DNA of 64,000 nt, taken from contig OZ249453.1 of the NCBI GenBank assembly GCA_965235115.1, positions 15,686,001-15,750,000 on the forward strand. Direction: 5' to 3'. Origin of the DNA: Laetmonice hystrix. Taxonomy: Eukaryota. Within the stretch, counting starts at the first letter, position 1; each line of letters begins with the position of its first letter. The notes under the pieces were generated by a model that did no database searches, was not told where the DNA came from, and saw only the letters and a program-made list of their open reading frames with translations. A program made the position numbers and the translations under genes. Positions 1-11,700 of the stretch are shown piece by piece.

Positions 1-1313
1 ACACCAGGAGGTAACTGTGCCACTTGTAGGAGTGGGACACCGGGAGGTAACTGTGCCACTTGTGGGAGTGGGACACCGGGAGGTAACTGTGCCACCTGTA
101 GGGGTGGGACACCAGGAGGTAACTGTGCCACTTGTAGGAGTGGGACACCAGGAGGTAACTGTGCCACTTGTAGGAGTGGGACACCAGGAGGTAACTGTGC
201 CACTTGTAGGAGTGGGACACCAGGAGGTAACTGTGCCACTTGTAGGAGTGGGACACCAGGAGGTAACTGTGCCACTTGTAGGAGTGGGACACCAGGAGGT
301 AACTGTGCCACCTGTAGGAGTGGGACACCAGGAGTTAACTGTGCCACTTGTAGGAGTGGGACACCGGGAGGTAACTGTGCCACTTGTAGGAGTGGGACAC
401 CGGGAGGTAACTGTGCCACTTGTGGGAGTGGGACACCGGGAGGTAACTGTGCCACCTGTAGGGGTGGGACACCAGGAGGTAACTGTGCCACTTGTAGGAG
501 TGGGACACCAGGAGGTAACTGTGCCACTTGTAGGAGTGGGACACCAGGAGGTAACTGTGCCACTTGTAGGAGTGGGACACCAGGAGGTAACTGTGCCACT
601 TGTAGGAGTGGGACACCAGGAGGTAACTGTGCCACTTGTAGGAGTGGGACACCAGGAGGTAACTGTGCCACCTGTAGGAGTGGGACACCAGGAGTTAACT
701 GTGCCACTTGTAGGAGTGGGACACCAGGAGGTAACTGTGCCACTTGTAGGAGTGGGACACCGGGAGGTAACTGTGCCACTTGTAGGAGTGGGACACCGGG
801 AGGTAACTGTGCCACCTGTAGGAGTGGGACACCAGGAGTTAACTGTGCCACTTGTAGGAGTGGGACACCAGGAGGTAACTGTGCCACTTGTAGGAGTGGG
901 ACACCAGGAGGTAACTGTGCCACTTGTAGGAGTGGGACACCGGGAGGTAACTGTGCCACTTGTAGGAGTGGGACACCAGGAGGTAACTGTGCCACTTGTA
1001 GGAGTGGGACACCAGGAGGTAACTGTGCCACCTGTAGGAGTGGGACACCAGGAGTTAACTGTGCCACTTGTAGGAGTGGGACACCAGGAGGTAACTGTGC
1101 CACTTGTAGGAGTGGGACACCGGGAGGTAACTGTGCCACTTGTAGGAGTGGGACACCAGGAGGTAACTGTGCCACCTGTAGGAGTGGGACACCAGGAGTT
1201 AACTGTGCCACCTGTAGGAGTGGGACACCAGGAGGTAACTGTGCCACTTGTAGGAGTGGGACACCAGGAGGTAACTGTGCCACTTGTAGGAGTGGGACAC
1301 CGGGAGGTAACTA
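1..1313. repeat. 36-bp minisatellite (gtaactgtgccacttgtaggagtgggacaccaggag), about 36 copies, truncated by the window start
   Basis: Directly visible; variant pattern repeats with a 360-bp period (for example 61-120 equals 421-480). Confidence 0.98.
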
Positions 1314-1349
1314 TTAAAAGACAAGTGTACCACCAGGGAACTGGGTAAG

Positions 1350-2658
1350 ATTTTGTGAAGGGATCGCCAGGAAAACTGGCATGGTGCAAGAAGGGTTAAG
1401 ATGGAGAAACTTTATTAGGGAAAAAGTTAGAAAAATCGCCTGCTAAAGGGGGCACCTCCCCCTCTAAACATTTCCCAGAACCCCTTTCAATTACGTACTC
1501 AGCAGCAGTGCAGATCGAAATGGGGTAATTAATAAGAGACCGTTGAAGGGGTGATACTTAGCGGAAGGGGTGATAGTTAGCGGACAGGTATAGACTGCTC
1601 TGGGGTCCGTTCTGACATTGGCGACATGGGCTCGACTTGTGGTGGTACTTCGCGACGCGCTACTCCACCGCCTGTCCACGACTGACACTAACAAGGCGCG
1701 ATGCATGATGGCAGGTTCCTTTCCACATCCTCCAAATTTACCTTCCAAAGACCTGTTAGAGATTAAAGAATGCCCAGAAAAGGGTGCGGGTTCTGTGGTC
1801 TAGTAATGTATTGGAATTTGATAAGTGATATAAAAGGTTACGCGACAGGTCGTTGACCTTTAATGTGTGAGCGAGGGTGGAGGATTTTGGTGAAGCAAAT
1901 AATACATGATCCACAAAAAAACACTCCTCGGAGAAATGGAAGCAAGGGGACTGCGACCAAATGGACTGGACACACTGCATTGACATCGATGAATTTTTCA
2001 TTTTTCAACAAGCATCAGCGGGATTGAAGAAGGTCGCGATTTGGACTGATGGTGGGCGCGAGAGCGTGAAAAAGTCGCCGCTGTCCAAGATGGAATTCGA
2101 TGAAGTGCAAGATCTCCTGTAATGGTGGGGGTCTCCCCAGGGGGTTTCACCAGCCACTAGCACAGATTGGCCGGGAGATTTTGTCAGCCCCTGCATGACT
2201 CTGGCCAAGCGGCAAGCTTTAGGCTTTCGGTGGAAATCCTTTGCAGCCTTCTGCCTGGGCGGCCGATGTCATTGCTTGGATGGGTGCGCTGGACTGGCAT
2301 ATTGCACGGGGGTAGCTGATGGTCGATCTGTGTCGATCCGCGTAGATTTCGATGCCGCCACCGTCGGGGAGGCTGTCGTAGTGGGAGGCCAGGCAGGCAA
2401 TCGGCAAAGGCAGTGGATGGCGATGGCGGCACTGGGGGGCTGTCGGTAATAAGTAGTAGTAGCATTGAGCAGCAGCGCGCCTAGCGGCAGCCGCAAGTAG
2501 ATGACTTTAATACTTGGCTGTTTTCAGCAGCACTCGGGTACAGCTGGCGAAAAGTGACTGCTGCCTAGCCACAAGTGGGGCTCTCCTTCTCTGTCTCACT
2601 GAGTGTGTTGTATACTACCCGGCACTCTTAGTACCGCTTCCCACCGTTTCCAACCCTA
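1350..2658 (-). mobile_element. Decayed DIRS/Ngaro-like (tyrosine-recombinase retrotransposon) reverse transcriptase remnant
   Basis: Frame-switching fragments occur in the expected order: LVKPPGE.PTITGDL, SNSILDSGDFFTLSRPPSV, CLLK..KFIDVNAVCPVH...PLL..LRGVFF/VDHVLF.ASPK..TLAHTL, TRPQNPHPFLGIL. These resemble Ngaro RT (PKK.PG..RLI.DLS; SVN.ID..F.L.Y.SV; CLLAK.DI..CPVH....PLLG; YY.D.VLPFG..SSP; GP....FLGI). Many stops, and the YLDD motif is missing. Confidence 0.5.
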
Positions 2659-2849
2659 CACTGTAAACCCTGATGCGCCAGCACAGCTCAATTAAATTGA
2701 GGCAACACCGTTGCCTCAATTCACTTAAGCCACCACAGCTTAATATTTTGCCGTCGTCAAACGTGTATATATTGGGTCAGGTCAGCTAAACTGTTGTGTG
2801 AAAACTTAATATTATGACGTTGTACCGACTTGAAAAATATGAACTACAT

Positions 2850-3500
2850 GAGCTCAAGTTCATTGAGCTTGTTTGACAGCTACTAATCTAGCCACGGTAA
2901 CTTAAATCCATTGGATCGAAAGAACTTAAATAGATCAAGTTTATCTGGACAGTTTCAGCCAAGTCAAGCTGGCATAATTTTGTTGAGTTAGGCAAGCCAA
3001 AATTCATTGAGTTTGTTCGGTTTATTTTACTTGTGCCAGGATAACTTAAATCCATTGGATCGTAGCAACTCAAGTCGATCAGGTTTATCTGGACAGTTTC
3101 AGGCAGGTCAAGTTGACGTAATTTTGTTGAGTTAGACAAGCTCAAATTCATTGAGTTTGTTCGGTTTATTTTACTCGAGCCAAGGTAACTTAAATGCATT
3201 AGATCGAAGGAACTCAAGGAAATCATGTTGATGTGGACAGTTTCATGCAAGTCAAGATCGCGTAATTTTGTTGAGTTATATGAGCCCAATTCCCAAGGGT
3301 TGGTTAAGTTTATTTAACTTTAGTTAAGATAGTGTAAATCCATTTAGCCGAAGGGGCTTAAGTAGATCAAGTTTATGTGGACGGTTTCAGGCAAGTCAAG
3401 ATGGCGTTATTTTGTTGAGTTATATGGGCCTAAATTCATTGAGTTTGTTCGGTTGATTTTACTCTAGCCAAGGTAGCTTAAATCCATCGGATTAAAGGAG
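2850..3500. repeat. Left subterminal array of the EnSpm element, about 4.5 x 144 bp
   Basis: tgttgagtta recurs at 2981, 3125, 3269, 3413 (period 144); units are rich in TTGAGT/AACTTAA motifs in both orientations. Confidence 0.85.
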
Positions 3501-3833
3501 TGAAAGAAAAAGTGGGAGGAATCAGGGGAACGGTCGGGATCAATCAGCAACGATCACTGTAGTTATGATTTTAAAGAATATAATATTTTATTACCGCCCT
3601 AATACAAAGTAAACTGTTTTTGTAGTGAGGTGTCGTAAATCAATGAAATTTGGAAAATAGACCTAACTTATTCTAACAACCACCAAGATAAATCTTACAC
3701 AAACACAGCTACCAAAACAACACTCGCAAAATTTAGCACTCGCCATTCTCTGTACAGAGCTAACATATGGTTAAAATGACAACAACCAAGAAAACAGTAA
3801 GAGTAGTTAAATTACGCTTTCCCTCTTATTACT

Positions 3834-4103
3834 TTACTGCTGACAAACAGTGGCCTCGGCAGTTCTACTCCCACCAAGTGTCGCATCCAGGATAACCTTG
3901 AGTGTCGAAAGATGAGTAACACCTCCAATATCCTGCAGGTTGACGAACTCGTTGAAATCCTTGTCCAGGTGTTGCAGTCTGAAACTGCCCTGGATGTAGA
4001 ACTGCCCTCTCAAAGCCTCTTTCAATAGATCGACACTGCCAGATATGTCCTAAACCGCCCAGATTCTGCTGTCTTCCTGGCCAAAGACAACGCGCAGTTT
4101 CAT
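3834..4103 (-). pseudogene. Remnant of the EnSpm accessory ORF (N-terminus of the SAMD3-like family found in animal EnSpm elements)
   Basis: Reads MKLRVVFGQEDSRIWAV*DISGSVDLLKEALRGQFYIQGSFRLQHLDKDFNEFVNLQDIGGVTHLSTLKVIL (one internal stop). This resembles the recalled LRVI..FRLQ..D.DF.NEF.NL......TLKVI motif. Acceptor cttttcag just upstream on minus (4124-4131). Confidence 0.7.
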
Positions 4104-4739
4104 TGCCGTATCTGATCAGTGATCTGAAAAGATAAGTATATAATTATAGAATTTCTTTCATGGGACAACCGTTATAGAAACATGGTATTTTTGATGCAAC
4201 AAGATTACGTTCAGATACATAATGCCGCCAAAAATAACATTCTTGTTGTATCATGTGTGCAATATCTACATTTAAAATACATGGGTCTTGAGGCTGATAT
4301 ACTTACAGGAAATTGATGAAAGGAGAGGTGCTGAATTCCACTCACGTTGAGTCACCTGTAAATACAATGTATATACTATTTAAAATATTGTCATCAGCAG
4401 CATCATGATCATCATTCTCACACACGCTCTCACCAATACACACACCCCATACACTACCACCCCCCCCCCCCCCCGACACACACACCACATACACGCATCA
4501 ATATATCTTCTACCATATCAGAATTGGGCATATGAAAAATATATATTCCTACTGCTACTGAATATCGAGGTGAATTTCATTTTGTCGGGCATACCTGACA
4601 ACTTCGCTTCACGTTCACGTTTAGACATTCCTTTACCTAATCCATTTAATTAACTAATAACTAATACACTTTACTAAATCGTGTACATTTTGGTCTTTAT
4701 CACACTAATCATGACAAAATATGTTACAGTTTAGGTTCT

Positions 4740-5130
4740 TTCAGGCAACTTCAACTTAAATTTGGTAAACAGACTGTCTTCATGCTGCTTCTGACAGTTA
4801 CATCAGAAACCATGTGTTCGCATATGAAATTATATAAGAGAAACAAGACAAAGATTCTGTTCTCTGGTGGCAGGCAGTCGACTGTCCTTTGATGTGTAAA
4901 TTGAGAACCACACAGCAACTGACTTTGTGATATGATCTCCTTCAACCTCTAAGGCCATGTGGCCTGACCCAGGTAGGCTGACTGGAGATGTAATCAGGAC
5001 CATAAATGTGATGCTAATTGGCAAACACCTATTTCACATACAACGGACACAGAGTTGGTTATAAAATAGTGCTTGTGTCCCACTGGGTGCCACTGGTAAG
5101 AACAGAAAAGTGACTTCAAGGGAAGTCCAT
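4740..5130 (-). pseudogene. Possible decayed N-terminal zinc-finger region of the EnSpm transposase
   Basis: Frameshifted fragments such as KHYFITNSVSVVCEIGVCQLASHLW and FHMRTH...KQHEDSLFTKFK; located where the transposase N-terminus is expected. Similarity is weak and judged by eye. Confidence 0.3.
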
Positions 5131-5829
5131 TATGAGCAGTTCAGTGACCCAGCTTGACCCCCTAACTTGGCAAAGACATTTTTTTCTGTTGCATATCTTA
5201 TTCACCAAATTATTTCAACCTATGTCGGCAGTGACAGTGTACATATCCTGCCCTACACTATAAGTATCTCAGTTGCTGTTTATAGGGTAAGCAGAGGATA
5301 TAGGGTGTTTAGGCCATTTTTTAATTTTTATCGCATTTGTACATTTTTAAGCCCCCAAGCCCCAGGACTAGGATATGCGCTGTGTATTTGCGATGTGTAT
5401 GGCCACTTCTCCATTTGGGGTGACAATTACTGAGGTTCTGCATGTATGTTCTCATTTCGTACTAGCCCGCAAAAAAAGGTTGATTTCCTACGCATCCACC
5501 ATTTGTTGAACACATACATAATTATAGTGAAACATATCTGCAACGATACCCATGCTTTCAGTGCCAAATTAAAAAAAAACACTTACCCAGTTTGAGTGGA
5601 GACTAACTTGAAGCGCTGGTAGACTTCTGATGGTATACTGGATTGCTGAGTAAGCCTGAGTTGTTGCGAGTTGGAGTGAAACTTGCAGAGCTGGTCGATT
5701 TCTGCCGGTAGCCTGGATAGCTGAGCTGTTGCTTGTGAGTTGGAGTGAAATTTGCGTTGATAGAGCGATTGCTGATGATTGGAGCGGTGGAAGAACATAG
5801 TTTTTGAGCGACCCGCTTAGCAGCTCCTT

Positions 5830-5999
5830 CCTATTCCGGAGATCCATTCCGGATATAGGCCTATATACGGTACCACGTGGCCTGCATTCTGCGCGCAGAA
5901 TGGCATCCACTATGATACAGTGCGCATGTTCCAGTCTAACAACACCCACCCCACCCCCACCAGTAAATACACCAGTGTCTGGTGTATTTACTGGTGGGG
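5830..5999. promoter_or_regulatory. Palindrome cluster, probable internal promoter of the EnSpm element
   Basis: tataggcctata; perfect 18-bp palindrome cattctgcgcgcagaatg (5885-5902); 21-bp-arm hairpin 5955-5999 with 3-nt loop; lies just upstream (minus strand) of a noncoding exon ending in CTGG|gtaagt at 5587. Confidence 0.4.
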
Positions 6000-6124
6000 T
6001 GTAATGGAAATCGGGGGCAAGGTGAGACACGACCTGACCGGCCGGCCATGCTGGGGTGCGGGTGGGGGGGGGGCGTGCTGGTGTTGGTGGGGGGTCCACT
6101 GGACCGAGCTAACTTAAAAAAACT

Positions 6125-7670
6125 TACCATAGCGCATATAATTTAAGTCTAGTTAGCTGGAGAGAATCAAGTAACCATGCAGCGTTTCTGTTGAGTTATA
6201 ACAACTTGCCACAGGCAAAATATTTGAGCTAGGCTGACTCAATATTCCATTGGAGCGAGGTCATTTAAATGAAGAAGGTACTATAGAGCAAATTATTTTA
6301 AAAGCCTAGCTAACTGAACAGGATCAAGTCACATGCAGCGTTTCTGTTGAGGTCTCACAACTTGCACCAGACATTATATTTGGGCTAGGCTGACTCAATA
6401 TTCCATTGGAGCGAGGTAACCTAAATACAGAAGTTAATATAGCGCAAATAATTTAAGCCCAGATAACTGAACAAGATCAAGTCATCATGCAGCGTTTCTG
6501 TTGAGTTATGACAACTTGCACCAGGCAGGACATTTGAGCTAGACTGACTCAATATTCCATTGGAGCCAGGTAACTTAAATAAAGAAGTTAATATAGCGCA
6601 ACTAATTTTAGTCCAGTTATCTGGATAGGATCAAGTCACCAGGCAGCGTTCCTGTTGCGTTATAACACCTTCTCCTAAACAAAATATTTCAGCTAGGCTG
6701 ACTCAATATTCAGCTGAACCGAGGTAACTTAAATAAAGAAGTTACTATACCGCAAATGATTTAAGTCTAGTTAACTGAACAGGATCAAGTCACATGCAGC
6801 GTTTCTGCTGAGGTTCCACAACTTGCACCAGGCATTATATTTGGGCTAGGCTGACTCAATATTCCATTGGGGCGAGGTAACTTAAATAAAGAAGTTAATA
6901 TAGCGCAAATAATTTAAGAGCAGATAACTAAATATGATCAAGTCATCATGCAGCGTTTCTGTTGAGTTTTGACAACTTGCTCCAGGCAGGACATTTGAGG
7001 TAGGCTGACTCAATATTCTATTGGACCGAGGTAACTTAAATAAAGATGTTACCGTAACGCAAATATTTTAAGCCCAGATAACTGAATAGCGTCAAGTCAC
7101 CATGCAGCGTTTCTGTTGAGTTATAACAACCTGCCCTAAACAGAATATTTGAGCTAAGCTGAATCAATATTCCACTGGACCGGGGTAACTTAAATAAGGA
7201 TGTTACTATAGCGTAAATAATTTAAGCCTAGCTAACTGTATATGATCAAGTCAACATGCAGCGCTTCTGTTGACTTATAACAACATGCACCAGACAGATC
7301 ATTTGAGCTAGGCTGGCTCAATATTCAGCTGAACCAAGTTAACTTAAATAAAGATGTTACTATACCGCAAATGATTTAAGTCTAGTTAACTGAACAGGAT
7401 CAAGTCACTATGCAGCGTTTCTGCTGAGGTTCCACAACTTGCACCAGACATTATATTTGGGCTAGGCTGACTCAATATTCCACTGGACCGAGGTAACTTA
7501 AATAAAGATGTTACTATAGCGTAAATAACTTAAGCCCAGCTAACTGAATAAGATCAATTCACCATGCAGCGTTTCTGTTGAGTTATACCAACGTGCGCCA
7601 GGTAGGATATTTGAGCTAGGCTGACTCAATATTCTATTGGAGCGAGGTAACTTAAATAAATTAGTTGACT
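6125..7670. repeat. Right subterminal array of the EnSpm element, about 10 x 153-156 bp
   Basis: gcagcgtttctgttgag recurs at about 154-bp intervals (6189, 6345, 6499, 6653, 6806, 6960...); shares tgttgagtta and ggtaacttaaat motifs with the left array. Confidence 0.9.
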
Positions 7671-7820
7671 CATTCCGGGGAAACTTAATCAAAGTGAGCT
7701 GTGCAGATTCAAATCTGCCATCAAGTTATGCTGGCTTAATTTTTTTACGCTAACACGGCTCTTTGCGCCACGGTAACTCAATTCAACTGGGCCATGATGG
7801 TCAGCAGGGTTTACAGTGTA

Positions 7821-8400
7821 GCCTGGGCGCTAACTGTACAACAACCCCGCCACTGAATGCTATAGAAGGCAGTCAGTGAACGGCTGGAAGTCCCAGCGGC
7901 CTGTAGTCTGCAGGGCCTCGCGCCAAACGCCAGTGGAGGCAGGCAGGCACCGGAAACTGCGAAAAATCGGCCTGAGAATAATCCTGTACACGTCGTCTCA
8001 GTCTGTATGCTCTACCTCATAGACATTTCAAACACCGGCACCATTATTGCACAGCCATTCCTGCAGAGCGTGTCCTCCAGTGTCCTCCCTGAAGATGGTG
8101 TCCTCCCCTGAGGTGGTGTCCTCCAGGTCGATGGTGTAAGGATGTCTGGGTGGTCATATACTGACTGACAACCCCAGGAGGAACCGTGCCGTCCAGGAGG
8201 AAGGACCTCCCGCTCCTCCAGTACTGTCCTCCTGGGTATAGCTATAGCAGAGGTGACAACCCGATCAGAAGTAATCAAGGATTTCTGCGATCCTTCAGAG
8301 CTGCCAGACAGCATTAGTATCTGTCGGCAAAGGTCACGTCATCGCTCTGCTTGCACCAACACCACCAGCCGCAGCAGCAGCGGCAGCTGATGCAGCGTCA
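7821..8400 (-). mobile_element. Probable upstream (gag/ORF1-side) continuation of the same retroelement, split off by the EnSpm insertion
   Basis: Directly abuts the second TA duplication and has the same GC-rich coding-like texture; no firm motif match. Confidence 0.3.
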
Positions 8401-8689
8401 ACTACACTATAGCACCACCAACAATAACAGCAGAAAATGTGGCCATTCCCAATGAATAGACTGCACACTTCTGTGGGTGCCATGCTTCCTCTCTACATAA
8501 AAGTTAAAATTTCTTGATTTAATGAATGCTGTGATTAACGTGAAGCAGTCAGAGCTGTTTTGTGGCATATATGTTGACACTTGTCCAGATAACACGTACT
8601 TCTTACATAACCAAAGTTCTTACAATACGAGCAAACCAATATATGAATATTTCATTAATGTCTTTGTTTTCTTTTATTCTAAATTTCAG

Positions 8690-8824
8690 ATCGTAGACGA
8701 GTTTGGCAAAGTGAAGGGTTGGGTAGACGCCAGCGAACCCGGTTCTGGTAATTGGATGAAATACGTTCAAACTACCAACAACCCCACTCACCAAAACATG
8801 ATGGCTGTCCAGGTTCAAGACCAG
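8690..8824 (+). CDS. PRDM16/MECOM: PRDM3/16 (MECOM/hamlet-like) coding exon, PR/SET domain middle part; internal exon, phase 0 in / phase 0 out
   Basis: Acceptor tttcag at 8684-8689 after a pyrimidine tract; donor CAG|gtaaag at 8824/8825. 135 nt = IVDEFGKVKGWVDASEPGSGNWMKYVQTTNNPTHQNMMAVQVQDQ, which matches by eye the MDS1-EVI1/PRDM16 PR segment (ILDEF..VKFCIDAS.P..GSWLKYIR....QHNL.ACQINDQ, recalled). Confidence 0.95.
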
Positions 8825-11149
8825 GTAAAGTCCTTTAATTATACTCCAGTCATAACGCCAGCTTGTGGCGCCATCTACCCAGCAAACCATGTGTGCATTG
8901 ATGGAACTGCACTTTGAACTGTTTGGGATCAATTCAGATTTTGAAAACCGCTTCACTCGCATATTACCGTAGAGCTGCTTAATTGTTCAAGACCTTTGTA
9001 ATGTCAAGGGAGTAAATTGTCCAAAGATGGGGGGGGGAAGAAAAAATAGCAAGCAGTCAAGGAATCATGTTTCGTTTTGGTTGTACAAATTACGAACATC
9101 TGAGAGACTTTGTTTTCTGATGCAGTATTATGCGGGTGAGGATGAGATATCTGTGTACCGTGTCTTCTTTTGTTGAGGTTTTAAAAAAACGGTTCAGAGT
9201 TACCGAAAGATTTTGAGTGATGCAGTTGGTCGGGGTGAGTTTTTTTTGTGGTGAAGTGAACACAAAAGTTTGGTTATGGGATATATGAGGACAGGGGGGT
9301 GGAAGGGGTCCCTACCCCTGGGAGGTATTGTTAAGCCACCACTCAGTCCACACCACAGAGGGGGGCACGCTACACAGACACACACCAAACACACCGCCAT
9401 CTTTTTACCTCCACATTCACAAAAGGAATCTTGTTTGCCACCTTGGCTTTGTCTTCCTGAACCAACATTGCATAATTGTCATTCGGCATGTCTTGTTAAC
9501 AAGTCATCAGCATTCAACTGGTCTGTTGAAACCCGTTTGGGAGCATTGTGACTGGTCTCCCTGAAAAATGAAATTAATATCGTCTCCCAGCTGGGCCATT
9601 TTTCATGTGAGCCGAAAACGGCCATGTCAGTCGTTCGGTCATGGCGCGGCCGCTGTTCTACAGTTTGTTGACATTTTCAAGGATATAATCAACGATCACT
9701 TCATTGAATTACAGCCTACATTAAATTCTTATTTCACAATTGAGGAGACGTTGGTGGGGCTGCCCCCTTAACCCTACTCCCCTGGCCGGGGCCCACCGCG
9801 TCCTCCCCTCCGCCGCTCGTGTTGACATTTCATTGGAGTACGCATTCACATGAAAATCAACGCCGCTCAATTGCCGTCAGTCGCGCTTTGGGTCATCTTG
9901 CCGCACATGACAATCAAGAGCTGGGGTTTTGTCTTTTGGTCAGAATAATGGCTGGACGAGTCTGGGTATTGTTGTATCGGGCAGGTGGTGCAGCAGGCAG
10001 GCTCACCTGTAGCCGACCGGAGCGTGCCGCTCCCCTCGCCGTCAATGAGACACCCTCCGTAGCCTCATCACAAATTCTATGCAGAATTTTTTTTTTAAAG
10101 AAGGGAGAAAACTTGAACAGATTTAAAAGGGGATACGTCAGCACTGTGCTGGGATGGTTAACTGGCCAGGGGGGGCATTCACGTTGTGAGACAATCAGAA
10201 ACTTTGGAAGGGTAACAATGCATCATGGGACGGGTTTTTAATGTCCCAATCTGAATTCCATCCTGGTTTTTTTGACGCTGACAACTGATGGCGTGGTGCT
10301 TTTCATTCTGGTTTGGTTGTAATCATAGACAGTTCATGAGCGCCGCGGCGGAAGACTTTGAATTTCACCGGCAAAATATTTGCCCGACCTTTTTTTATTA
10401 ATTGGGTAACCACAATCAAATTATTCAAGCATTAACTCATCAAAATTGGGATATAGAACCTGTATTTTGTGGAAAGTATTACTCAGGAGTCGTCAAAATT
10501 TTGGATATTGCATGGATACGCGAATGCGGTTCAGACATAATGTGCCAAAATCTGTTGACGCCCAGGCCGAAGTCAAAATTTGGTTCAGAATAAAGTTCAG
10601 ATACTTTTTGAAAGGTGCATATCGGCCCGGCCTTGTTGTGACATGTCTAGGAACACCCTGTAAAAATGTAGAATATGGGGGGAAAAAAATACTTGTCACT
10701 TAAATGAACCGAAATATAACAATATGGAGAAGTTTTATGAGAGTAGCCAACAATTGAAATGCACAATACGCTCGGGACGTGAAGGTTAGCGGCAAGTGAG
10801 CGTATTTCAAATTTAGTGTTAGCTTTGATTGTGTGTGTGTTTGTGTATCGCTCGTAAAACGGCGTACGAGTTTGCGTGATGTGGCGAGGCTGGTGGCGCC
10901 CTCTACAATTGCCGATTACCTATTGATGGCACGGCGCCGGTTAGAGTCGCTCTGCCTAACACTGGGGTTCATATTCTGGCTGCGTCGACTTTCAAAAGCT
11001 TGGCTGGCCACACCACCAATAGGGCGTACGTCTCATAGGCAGTTATTGAGCAACGTTTTCGTAAATTGTGTTGAGATAGCCGGTGGTGTGATCCAGGGAC
11101 ATTCAGGAACCCGTCAGTCTGGGAGGCAACTTTACATGGGAGCAAGGGA

Positions 11150-11700
11150 GGGAGAACTCATTGGGTGTCAGCGCAGAGGTGTGAAACGACCTAAATGAAG
11201 GATGTCCAGGATGGAAAGAGTCAAATGGTTGTTTGGTCAGGTCCCATTGGAACTCGCCAGATATTACTGGCGTAATCTCAGGCAGGGAGAAGGCGTTATG
11301 TAACTCATTGTCCACACAGCGAACAACAGGTACAATAGCGTGGACGAACCTAAAAGATGATTATCATTTCTGCTTGGCCAGGGTGTGGACAACACGTGTA
11401 TTGACTCTGCAGTAAAGTACGTAAAACAGGGGCGCTAAATTGTGGCAGTGACACGTTGTTATTGTATTGTGCTCCCACAGCCTCTGTCTGCAAAATGACC
11501 GTTTGCCTTTGAAAGACGCCATCATAGATGGGCTGGTCCGCAATAATTGTCGGGCCAGGGAAAAGCATCGCTGGTCAACTGCGCAATAAGGGAGTAGTCA
11601 TTATCTGACAGGGCGTCGTCTGCTGGATGATGACTTGATTGCCGGCTCGGAGATGACGTAATGCTCGCGGGTGGACATAGACAGCGGCAGAAACAGAACC
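11150..11700 (+). mobile_element. Possible second, heavily decayed DIRS/Ngaro-like RT fragment
   Basis: Fragments LSFLLGQGVDNTCIDSAVKY, TGAL, NDRLPL and HYLTGRRLLDDDLIAGS occur in RT-like order but need several frameshifts. Confidence 0.25.

Larger units (their letters stand above)
2659..7818 (-). mobile_element. Non-autonomous (internally deleted) CMC-EnSpm/CACTA-like DNA transposon, 5,160 bp
   Basis: 14-bp perfect TIRs CACTGTAAACCCTG / CAGGGTTTACAGTG, 2-bp TA target duplication (2657-2658, 7819-7820), long subterminal repeat arrays at both ends, internal remnants of EnSpm-associated ORFs. Confidence 0.9.

Noticed and set aside
17-1348. 443-aa ORF (VTVPLVGVGHQE)n
   Set aside because: Translation of a stop-free 36-bp minisatellite; GTG start and no gene context. 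The same applies to the repeat-derived ORFs at 13147-13425, 35503-36037, 39559-40213, 48680-49710 and 49751-50162.
2888-3289. 133-aa ORF that looks like leucine-rich repeats (LRQLDLPETVQINLIDLS)
   Set aside because: It is the 144-bp transposon subterminal array read on minus; the Leu pattern comes from AACTTA/AACTCA motifs, and the related right array (about 154 bp) is closed in frame.
10330-10790. Possible DNA-transposon fragment ending gggacgtgaaggtta
   Set aside because: No matching left TIR or TSD found.
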